Origin: a virus
Direction: 5' to 3' (one strand)
IMG/VR virus record: IMGVR_UViG_3300037424_001778
Span: 45,586-109,585 of that record
Length of the DNA stretch: 64,000 nt
The notes beneath the pieces were generated by a model. The model ran no database searches and was not told where the DNA came from. It saw nothing but the letters and a program-made list of their open reading frames with translations. Made by a program: the position numbers and the translations under genes. This document shows positions 30,751 to 39,500 of this stretch, piece after piece (positions within the stretch are counted from its first letter, which is position 1; each line of letters starts with the position of its first letter).

Positions 30751-31908
30751 CTAGTCCGTTGGTGGAGGAAGAGCAAGCCATTGAAATATCTTCAGTAGGG
30801 CGGCGGCGGGGTCAGCTTCGTATTCGGCCTCGAGGACTCTGAGTAGAGATATCCCAGCCTCTATGCACTGCTGGTTTTTGCGGACGTCGCGTTCCTGCCC
30901 TACTGGATGGTAATACGTCCCGTCATATTCTATCGCTTTGCGTAGCGAAGGCACAAAAACATCGAGTTCCAAGAGCTTTGACTTCAACTCCCCTCGCTTC
31001 CCGTTGAGGGCGTCTGGGCGTTTTTCTTTGACTGCCGCAAAGATAGCTAGTTCAGCTTTGGAGTGCTGAAAGGAGCAATGGGGACAGCCAGTCTTACTGT
31101 ACGTCCTAGAGTTTGGTGTAGCTACCCAAGTGTGATTGCTGTTCTTAGAACAGATCCACACGACGCCCTTTCTGGAGCCGAATGTCATCTCGGCGAAGGG
31201 AATTGGATTGTCTGGGTGGTACTCTTTGGCGAGCCACGGGGCCCTCACCTCTAATGAATTTTTATCTGTCAAGAAGTTCTGTGGGCAATGCGGACAGCCA
31301 CTTTCTGAGGAGGTTCTGGAATTCGGCAAAGCCGGCCAAGTATGCTGTGGATTTTTGAGGCATTGCCACAATACTGAAACTTTCGAGCCATACCCGACCT
31401 CTTCGAATGGCAATGGGTTGGACGGGTGGTATTCTACTTCCAGATGCGGAGCGCGGGTCTTTAACGAATTCGCCGAAGATACATGGGTCCCGCTACAATA
31501 CGGACACCCCTGCTCTTGGCTCGTTCTCGAATTTGGGGCCATTTCCCATACATGCTCTGAGCACTGCGAGCACCGCCACTTTACTTTCTTCGTTGAGCCA
31601 AACGACACATCTTCAAATGGAACAAGGTTATCTGGGTGATATTCTGACTCTAGGTGAGGGGCTTTTGTTCTCAACGAATTCACTTCAGAGATCCGCCGCC
31701 CCGAACAATAAGGGCAGCGGGACGGATACTTCGCCTTCCTGGTCCGTAGGGCGGGTGGCGTTTGCCACCTGTGCCCTACAGAACAAATCCACCAAACCGG
31801 CTTATTGGAGGAAAACGGAACGTTATCAAACGGGACCGTGTTGTCTAGGCAATACTCTCCCTCTAGGTGCGGGGAATGCATCTTGAGGGAGGTCTTGCCG
31901 CGTGACAT
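30751..31908 (-). CDS. Zn-ribbon-repeat protein with C-terminal Vsr/DUF559-like endonuclease (putative homing endonuclease)
   Basis: Four ~70-aa repeats (PHLExEYHPxN...VxWxC..H.W...RT...GCPxC) then 'ELDVFVPSLRKAIEYDGTYYH'. Confidence 0.75.
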   Translation of the reverse strand: MSRGKTSLKMHSPHLEGEYCLDNTVPFDNVPFSSNKPVWWICSVGHRWQTPPALRTRKAKYPSRCPYCSGRRISEVNSLRTKAPHLESEYHPDNLVPFEDVSFGSTKKVKWRCSQCSEHVWEMAPNSRTSQEQGCPYCSGTHVSSANSLKTRAPHLEVEYHPSNPLPFEEVGYGSKVSVLWQCLKNPQHTWPALPNSRTSSESGCPHCPQNFLTDKNSLEVRAPWLAKEYHPDNPIPFAEMTFGSRKGVVWICSKNSNHTWVATPNSRTYSKTGCPHCSFQHSKAELAIFAAVKEKRPDALNGKRGELKSKLLELDVFVPSLRKAIEYDGTYYHPVGQERDVRKNQQCIEAGISLLRVLEAEYEADPAAALLKIFQWLALPPPTD

Positions 31909-31910
31909 TC

Positions 31911-33074
31911 TTACTCTTCGTCCATGGTCGGGATATCATCCCCAAGCGGGTCCGACCCATCTCGTACCGATTCAGGAGCACCTTTGCTCAGCTCATTAGC
32001 TTGGTCTCGCCGTCGTAGTTCATCGACGATGCCCTTACAGAGGTTAGGGTCGTTCTTGAGTGCCTCAAAGATAGCTGGCTTGCCTCGATATTCCTTGCCA
32101 CCATAGGCGTAGGTGAGTTGGTTGGGGCGTTCAATGATGTTATAGCCTGTGCCTAGCTTGAAAACTTCTTCCCAAGTATTGATGATTCCGTTGTGGTAGT
32201 CGAACGAAAACTCTCCGCTACGTTCCTTCGGACCCATGGTGGAGTCAATCATCTTGCACTTGATGCGGTGGGCGGTCTTCTCTCCCCTTCCGGCGACATC
32301 CTCGACTCGCTCGTCGTAGTATGACTTACCTTCTAGGTCTACCTTACCAGCGGCGTTTCGGTTCGCCTCGATGAACAGATTGTACTCGGCGACGTGTTGC
32401 TGCCCGAAGCTAGATTGGATACGATATTTATTGCCTCGCTTCACTTCCAGGGGGTCCATCTGTGCACGAACGTGGGATGTTAGGACCAATCCGAACCTCA
32501 ATCGTCTTTGAACCGGCAAGATTCGTTTGAGTCCTTCTTGAATCGTAGCGGCGTTATCGCCGATCTGTTGAGTGTTGATAGACGTCGCGTTCAGGGCCCG
32601 CCTGCCTTGCAACTGAGATGTCGAATCAATCGCAACCATCTTCAGATTCCAGCCACGGTCCTGTACGAGTGCCAAGAAGTCATTTTCGATGCGGTCGAAA
32701 ACTTCGTCGGGTCGGTTGGTCTGGAAGCAGATATAACGGCTGGGGTCGATGCCCCACATAACCATATCTTCTTCTGTGAGTTGGCCCTCTTCCCTCATCT
32801 CGGTGTCAAATTTGACCGCAAACGCTGTGGGGTCATCCTTGTGTAGTTGGGCAATCATCGAGTTGGTGAATACGGTCTTGCCGCACTTCGGAGGTCCCGA
32901 CACCTGCAAGGTGAATCCGGCCGGTAGGCCGTGGGCATGTCCAAAGCAGAAGTTCAAGCTGGGGCTGGGTGTGCGAAGGACGTACTCGTGTACGTTGCGC
33001 CGGCCCACGCTGGGAACTGCCCCAGACATACCCAGCAGCTTTTCCATGATTTTTGCGTTATTTGGAGGTGCCAT
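31911..33074 (-). CDS. RecA/UvsX-like recombinase
   Basis: GPPKCGKT, FDTEMR, VAIDS, TSHVR motifs. Confidence 0.85.
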   Translation of the reverse strand: MAPPNNAKIMEKLLGMSGAVPSVGRRNVHEYVLRTPSPSLNFCFGHAHGLPAGFTLQVSGPPKCGKTVFTNSMIAQLHKDDPTAFAVKFDTEMREEGQLTEEDMVMWGIDPSRYICFQTNRPDEVFDRIENDFLALVQDRGWNLKMVAIDSTSQLQGRRALNATSINTQQIGDNAATIQEGLKRILPVQRRLRFGLVLTSHVRAQMDPLEVKRGNKYRIQSSFGQQHVAEYNLFIEANRNAAGKVDLEGKSYYDERVEDVAGRGEKTAHRIKCKMIDSTMGPKERSGEFSFDYHNGIINTWEEVFKLGTGYNIIERPNQLTYAYGGKEYRGKPAIFEALKNDPNLCKGIVDELRRRDQANELSKGAPESVRDGSDPLGDDIPTMDEE

Positions 33075-33722
33075 TTAATATCGAGCCTTCCCTATCTTGA
33101 ATCCAGACTGCGTGGTCGTAACTGCTGAGGTTGGTTGTGTTGGTTGTGAATTCGGAACAGCTACAGTATCGCAGCCATACATGTCCCATTCGTCCTCGGG
33201 CCACGGCTTGGCTTTTGACGGCATGGGCTCTGGGGCCGAATCCATATTGGTGTTCTGCGAGTTGTAGTTTGGTCGGTTGTAGATTTGGTCTGTGTCGGAT
33301 ACGGCCTTCTTGACTGCGTTCAGGGCTGAATCCATATCCTTTATTTTGAGCTTGAAGTACATCAACGCTGCTTCGAACCTGTATTCAGTTTCAACCGCCG
33401 CGTTGTACTCTGGGTCGATATCCAAGAGGGCCTGGCGGGTCTCTGCGTTGGAAGCCAACTTCTTTTCGGCTATCTTACCTGGAACGACATCGATGGTCAA
33501 AATAGCCTTGCGTCGAGCTACCGCTTGGCCAGCCAAGAGATGTCCAAGTAGTACGTCAGGTAGATGCCGCCCCAAGACAAAGCAAGCCTTAGAGAAGCAA
33601 GCCATCAGCTCTGGGGCCTTGGGGCGCGACACGAAGGCTATTTCGTGAACGCGCTGCTCTGCCTCGTTTGGAACGGACATGTCGTACGACTTGCCGTCCG
33701 GCGTCTGGAAGAAATCGGTCAT
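33075..33722 (-). CDS. UvsY-like recombination mediator (tentative)
   Basis: Helical 'LLDIDPEYNAAVETEYRFEAALMYFKLKIKDM'; immediately upstream of the RecA-like gene. Confidence 0.4.
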   Translation of the reverse strand: MTDFFQTPDGKSYDMSVPNEAEQRVHEIAFVSRPKAPELMACFSKACFVLGRHLPDVLLGHLLAGQAVARRKAILTIDVVPGKIAEKKLASNAETRQALLDIDPEYNAAVETEYRFEAALMYFKLKIKDMDSALNAVKKAVSDTDQIYNRPNYNSQNTNMDSAPEPMPSKAKPWPEDEWDMYGCDTVAVPNSQPTQPTSAVTTTQSGFKIGKARY

Positions 33723-33725
33723 TGC

Positions 33726-33995
33726 TCAATCCATGAAGTAGACGGGCTGGGGCTCAGGGGAGACGTTTGTGGTCCATGGGCGCTTGGGGGAGTCGTCAAC
33801 CGCGAGCCCGCTAACGCTCAAGTCGAGGGAAACCTCTCCGGTCGACTCGACGTATCCCTCTCCGATGTCGCGGCAGCCGTACCGTGAGCTGAAGTTCAGG
33901 CCCTTGCTGTCTGGCTTGATTGCCAGAACCTGAATGGTACCGTCTTCCATCTCAAAACTCATAACGACCTTCTTCACGCCATGCTTGTAGTCCAT
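33726..33995 (-). CDS. Hypothetical protein (89 aa)
   Basis: ORF with AAGGA SD. Confidence 0.5.
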   Translation of the reverse strand: MDYKHGVKKVVMSFEMEDGTIQVLAIKPDSKGLNFSSRYGCRDIGEGYVESTGEVSLDLSVSGLAVDDSPKRPWTTNVSPEPQPVYFMD

Positions 33996-34064
33996 ATATT
34001 CCTTTGGGTCATCCTCAGCACGAGCCTTACTCGTGTACGGCCCGAACAGGCGCCGTTTCGACCT

Positions 34065-34163
34065 TTTTAGTTCTCCTTGCGGAGTGATGGCTAAATTCTT
34101 CTACTTCGCCATGAACGCATCCATGTCTTGACTAACCCCTTGCGGGGTGATGTAATTACTTAT
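34065..34163 (-). CRISPR. Delocalised mini-array: two diverged CRISPR repeats (34128-34163 and 34065-34100) with one ~27-nt spacer (34101-34127)
   Basis: Each copy is 23/36 identical to the main repeat by manual alignment; one has an unbroken 15/15 core (CTCCTTGCGGAGTGA), the other has compensatory stem changes (ACCCC-GCAA-GGGGT). Confidence 0.8.
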
Positions 34164-35331
34164 ACTTCGCCATAAAAGCATCCATATCGCCCTCCAGCTC
34201 GGCTAGCGCCTTTGAAGTGGGGGCCGGCTCGGGCTCCACCTTCGCCGGTTCAGCCTTCGGAGCTGACGCCTTAGCTGCCTTGCGTGCTGCTGCCGCTGCC
34301 ATGGCTGCCTGCAGGCGAGCCATCTCTGCCTCCTCCTCATCTACGACGGCCTCGACTGGAGCTGCAGCTACGGGGGCCGGTGCGGGCTTCGGGGCTGGGA
34401 GTGAGGCGACCTCTTCCTCGGGCTCCTCGTCGAGGATTTCGTCGACCTTGGCGGACGAAGCGGGGGTCTCTTGCTTGGCGACAATCTTGGGCATCTTGAA
34501 TACAGTGCGGACGACCTCTTCATCGCCGCCCGACTCAACCAACATCTTGATTTGGTCGAGCGTCAAGTCACGGCCAAGAGCGTCCAGAGAAGGTAGCTTC
34601 TCTAGTGCGTCTAGGTCAGATTGGGTCAGGCTGTCGTACTTGGTGCGCTGGACCGTCTCGCCGTCGAGGACTGCGTCTTCGGTATACACGGTGGGGATGT
34701 CTTTGATGTCGTTGAACGACTCGCCACTGCGCTCCCACTTAATCCAGACGCCCTTCTCTGGGCTCAGCGGGTCTACTCCCTTGCCGAGAAGCTTGTCGAT
34801 TAGCCCAGGCACGCGCTCGTTGCCCTTCAGAAGCTTGTAGGCTGCGTGTGAGCACTGGAAAAAGCCCCAAACCCCGTTGGTGTCCTTGGCTACGATGTGC
34901 CACTTGCGGTCGCAGTTGTGGTCGCGGGTCCATGAAGCGACGTACTGGGTTGCGGCTTGAACCTCTTCCTTGGACTTGCCTTCCTTCTCGAGGGACTCCT
35001 TCTTGGACTTGAGCTTGTCCTTCTGGACCTTAATCAAATCGCACTCGGGACAGTGCGTAGTGATTGTTCCGTCGCGGTCCGTCTTCTCGATGCACTTGAA
35101 GTTGAGCGGAATATTGCGCGACTTGCCGTCGTTCCCAACAAAGGGAACACTATATCCCCAGTGCTGCTTGAGATACAGAGCCCAAATTCCTCGGTCAGCG
35201 AGAGGTCCGATTGGGGGTGCCAGTCGCACTACCAGCGTGCGCTGCTTGGGCTCCTTGTGGCCCAACTTGTGGAAGGTGAGACGGGTTGATTCTTGAGACT
35301 TGTAATTTGCCTTGCCTACTTGGATTGCCAT
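34156..35331 (-). CDS. Single-stranded DNA-binding protein (gp32-like)
   Basis: 'VVRLAPP', 'KQHW', CxxC, Pro/Ala-rich linker and acidic/hydrophobic tail (DMDAFMAKYK), inside the replication cluster. Confidence 0.7.
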   Translation of the reverse strand: MAIQVGKANYKSQESTRLTFHKLGHKEPKQRTLVVRLAPPIGPLADRGIWALYLKQHWGYSVPFVGNDGKSRNIPLNFKCIEKTDRDGTITTHCPECDLIKVQKDKLKSKKESLEKEGKSKEEVQAATQYVASWTRDHNCDRKWHIVAKDTNGVWGFFQCSHAAYKLLKGNERVPGLIDKLLGKGVDPLSPEKGVWIKWERSGESFNDIKDIPTVYTEDAVLDGETVQRTKYDSLTQSDLDALEKLPSLDALGRDLTLDQIKMLVESGGDEEVVRTVFKMPKIVAKQETPASSAKVDEILDEEPEEEVASLPAPKPAPAPVAAAPVEAVVDEEEAEMARLQAAMAAAAARKAAKASAPKAEPAKVEPEPAPTSKALAELEGDMDAFMAKYK

Positions 35332-35355
35332 ATATAGTTGCCTTTCGAGTTACAG

Positions 35356-36066
35356 TTACGGTTGCTTCATCATCTTGCGGACTTGCTTGAATACGTCTGT
35401 TACGGTCTTTTCGTCTGCCGTTGCGTCTGCTGTTGCTGCCACAAACTTGCCCTGGAATAGCTTTGGGGCGATTTGGTCCTGTACTTCTTGTGTTAGCCCT
35501 GTAACGAGGACGGGAATGACCGGGGCCTCACACTCCATATCCTTGACCTGCTTCAGCGCTGCTAGTTCTACGACGCCTGCCAAAAACTCGGGCCCCAAGT
35601 AAGTTACCAAATACTTGTTGACTAGAGCAATGCAGGATGCCGAGTCTGGCAGGAACTGCGGGCCATCGTACTTGATGTCGGGGATGGAAGTCAACCCCAC
35701 GAGAGAGGCAATTGCTTTGACCTCACGAATCATGACAGCGAATACAGCCGGAGAAAAATCGCGGTGGTGGCCGATGGTTGAGATGACTGCGTTGTGGATT
35801 TCGCCCGTCGCCGCGCTAAGGTCGACAAATGCGACTTCAGCTAACTCTCGCGCTGCGTTGACGAACTCGGCAGTGCCAGGTCCGGTCACAAAAACTGGAA
35901 ACCCGGCCTTGCGAAACGCAACCATCAGCTCCTTCTCGATGGCGGGAAGCTCTGCCCTGGCCTGATTCCGCATCATTTCGCGGCCTGGGCGGGTTCGTGT
36001 GTCCCCAGCGACGGTCATTGTGGCTCGGGCGCTGATTTCTTCGTACTTCTGGACTAGTTTTTTCAT
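35356..36066 (-). CDS. Hypothetical protein (start MKKLVQKY)
   Basis: ATG at 36066 preceded by GAAGGGAA; the longer ORF start overlaps another gene. Confidence 0.55.
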   Translation of the reverse strand: MKKLVQKYEEISARATMTVAGDTRTRPGREMMRNQARAELPAIEKELMVAFRKAGFPVFVTGPGTAEFVNAARELAEVAFVDLSAATGEIHNAVISTIGHHRDFSPAVFAVMIREVKAIASLVGLTSIPDIKYDGPQFLPDSASCIALVNKYLVTYLGPEFLAGVVELAALKQVKDMECEAPVIPVLVTGLTQEVQDQIAPKLFQGKFVAATADATADEKTVTDVFKQVRKMMKQP

Positions 36067-36068
36067 TG

Positions 36069-36562
36069 TTATATTCCCTTCGGTTGAGTTGGAGCCTTGC
36101 GCTTGGGTGCGCCTAGTTGCTCCATGCATGCTACTCCAAGTGCAGTGACTTTGCGAACTTCTTCTAGGGCCTGAAGTTCGTTGGCGGACCTGCTGACGTG
36201 ATGTAGCCCCTCTTCGATGTAGTCGCGCATGTAAACCATCCACTCGGTGACGGTGTGCGTGTGTCCATCCCAACGGACTTCTTGGTAGTCTCGCTCTGTA
36301 TCGATTGCTTTATATACTTCTCGTCGTGATGTCATTATTTATTCTCCTGTGCGTTGCCCCTAGCAAGGGCCCGTCCAAATTGAGCCCAGAACTCCTGCTC
36401 TTCTTCGGAAGGCGCAAACCCTGAGCCGAATTCTACGGTGCCGTCTGGAAGAACCGCAACGGCCAGTGTGCCGACTGGGTCAACGGCCCGAAATAGCTGG
36501 CGACCTCCAGTTGTAAAGTGTCCAGTACCCACGCCAACCACTTCAATCTCATTGCTCTTCAT
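36069..36562 (-). CDS. Two small genes (36069-36335, possibly MazG/NTP-PPase-like; 36335-36562)
   Basis: 'IDTERDYQEVRW...EEVRKVTALGVACMEQ' resembles helical NTP-pyrophosphatase-like phage proteins. Confidence 0.4.
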
Positions 36563-39500
36563 GCGCTCTCCTCTTTGTCTGCCTTTGTATTTAGTGACTG
36601 CTGCAACATCATTACGTCACACAAAAAGAAATCCTTGCTGCCTCTACCTCGGTTGAATAGACACGCTACGATTGAGCCAGCCAAGGTCGAATCGAAGGCG
36701 GACGGTAGCCCCTCTTTAGAAGGCCACTTTACCACCGAGACGCGCCGTCCGTCAACGTCCAAAGTGAGTTCGCTTGCGGTCCTTGGCTCGCCCGTCGAGC
36801 GCTGTTTATAGTCGAATCGTCGGTCGGCAACTACATACGCAATCATCGCTATATCCAGCTCCCCTTCCATCGGGCCTAGGTCGCTCAGTCGCTCGAATTG
36901 TTGTTCTGTCACTATGCGCCACTCGTCACTGACATCGCCGACCCAGTGCTCTTTTGAGCCGTCTTCTAGGACTCGGTCGCCTTCCGAGACGAAGGTCAAC
37001 AGTTTGTTGCCGCTGATTCGGTAAGGAAGCGCCTTCTGGACTAGAGGTAAAAGCTTTGTGCTGTAGGCAGGTAGGACCTTCTTGCGGAGTTGGAGCCGGA
37101 TGAGAGGGGACTGCAAGTCGAACTTGGCCGCAAACGAATTGATTTTCTTCTTGCCGCCGCACACATCACGGGCTGTGAAGATGTATTGTACGAGCCGCTG
37201 CTGGACTGTCATCGGACAGCCGGATTCGTCTGTGGCTGGGAACAGACTGTCCATTGCCCCAGACACGATGAGGTTTTGGACGACGGTTGAGCTGATAGCC
37301 GACACACCCTTAGCCTGCACCGTTTTTGTCTCACGTGTCTTCTTGTCTTTTTTCTGGGTGGTGCGAGGATGGTCAACTTTCCACTGTTCGATTTTCTCTA
37401 GGAGGTCGCGCAAGGAAGAGTAGGGTGCGCCAGCCAAGAGCTGCTCGTGGGCCTTGTCGCCCAAACCATGCAGCAAACTCAGTGGGGCCCGAATGCGTTC
37501 GTTTTGGATATCGAAGCCTGCCTTGCTGAGTGAGACGTCTGGTAGGTCGATGAGGTGTCCGCAATATCGCCAGAACTTTTCGTCGATTTCGTTTCGTTTG
37601 GCATTCGACAGCACTGCCGTCCACCACTCGAGGGGGAAATTGTGTTTGAGCCAAGCGCAGGCGTAAGATATAGTCACGTACGCAACCGCATGCGACAGGT
37701 TGAAGGAGTACCCAGCAAAGGCATACAGCATGTCCCAAATCTTCCGGGCTGTATCGGGTCCTAGTTCTGGGGTGGCGCCCTCTAGGAAGATAGGTCGGTC
37801 TATTTTGTCTACATCGACCATCTTCTTCTTGCTGAATCGATAACGGAATTCGTTGGCCTGGATGGCTGTCGTGTGTCCTAGGTCCTGAAAGATGCGCTGA
37901 CATTGCTCCTGATATACGATTGTACCTTTCGTCTCCGGCAACATCTTGTCCAGGACAGGCACAGCCCCTACAGGCTTGAGGCCTTTAGAGCGCCGGGCGA
38001 ACTCGACTAGCATGTTGTGCGAGTTGCCGGATTCGTCCGTAACGGTAGCATCCAGAGGGCCTGGGCGGTCCAGGGCCGTGAAAGCTGCCAGGTCATTGAT
38101 GCTGCGTAGGGCCGGAGAGCCGTCCTCAGTCTCAAAGTGTCGTAGGCCTTGTCTAGCCGCTCCAGCGTCGAACTGAAATACCGTCTCAACGCGCCCTTGG
38201 CATATATCTTTGTAGACCTCGATGTCTTCTGGGAGGTCCCACACATCATACTGTCTCCCACCGTATGGGATGAGCCGGACGGCAGGGACCTTCTTCCCGT
38301 CTACCAGAGCGAGGGCGACTCCGTGTTCGTCGATTTGAAGCTGCCCCCCTGTACCGTGACGAGCTTGTATGTTTTTGATTGCTCCTTCGATGTCTCGCAG
38401 CGAATTGATGTTCAAAAAGTCAATCTTCAGGCCGCCCGATGCTTCGACCCCGGCTGAACCGAAACTTGTGACACGAACCTTGCCGACAGTCATCAACGGA
38501 ATAAAGTTCTGTATAGGTTCGTTCGCGATGAGGAATCCACACGGATGGCGGCTCGCGTTTTTGCCCAATCCTAGCAACAATTGCACAGCTCCCCACTCCT
38601 TGGGGTATTTGGAGATAAAGCGCTGTAGGACCTGATTCGTTTCTGTCAGCCCGGGAATCCACTCATCCGAGTTGTCTGTGTACCCAAAGACGAACTCTTT
38701 GTCGCTGACGCCTTGTGGCGAGTCTGGCAGGGCCTTGCATACGGCTTCAATTTCCTGAGGAACTCGTGGCTCTGGATTACCTGACTGTCTATCGAAGGCG
38801 CGGAATACGTCTTTGATAGAATTCTTGAGCTTGAAGGTAGTGATGACGGAGATTTGAGCAACGCAATCGCCAAACCTTTCCTTCAGCCAACCCCCTTGGT
38901 CCTCGGGACCAACCAGAATTTCCCGGCTGGCCAAGTCATTGTCAATGTCAGGAAATTTGCCAGTGGCGATACGGTCCAATGTCAAAAATCGGTCCAGAGA
39001 TAGATTGTATGGAAGGGGGTCGATGTGCGTGATGCCCAATAAATAAGCGAGACGGCACCCAGCGGCACTGCCACGTCCAGGCCCAGTTAATACACCCGCC
39101 TTGTGGTACTGAAACAGAGCCTCCTCGACTACCATGAAGTATGGCAGCAAGTCGATTGAGCCGTTTTTGTAGAGCAGCTTGATTTCTTCGTCGAGCCTTG
39201 CAACGGCTGCCTGGTTTCCCCAATCCATTCGACCGTGTTTCTTGATTAGACCCATTGTATAGCGCAGGGTGTCTTGTGGGTAGAAGGACACCGGAAGGGT
39301 CTGCCGGGGGCTGAACTTGAAATCCTTGAAGCGGTTGGCCCACTCGAGCCCGTTTTCAATCCAACCCTCGAATTGGGCCTGGGGGACGCCCATGTTGTCG
39401 CGGAAGTACTCGAAGGCTTCGTCGGATGAGCGTCGGTGGTAGCTGTTGGCCATTCGCCAGCTTCCCGACTGACCCAATCTGACGTCTTGGACTATCTTTT

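Noticed and set aside
30751-31908. PD-(D/E)XK-like nuclease as a possible Cas4
   Set aside because: Architecture is Zn-ribbon repeats plus a Vsr-like domain, 23 kb from the cas locus, without the Cas4 Fe-S cysteine pattern.
37078-37091. CTTGCGGAGT, and AACTCTATTGCGGAGT near 50401, resembling the repeat core
   Set aside because: Inside dnaE and SMC coding sequence, short, and without a perfect stem.
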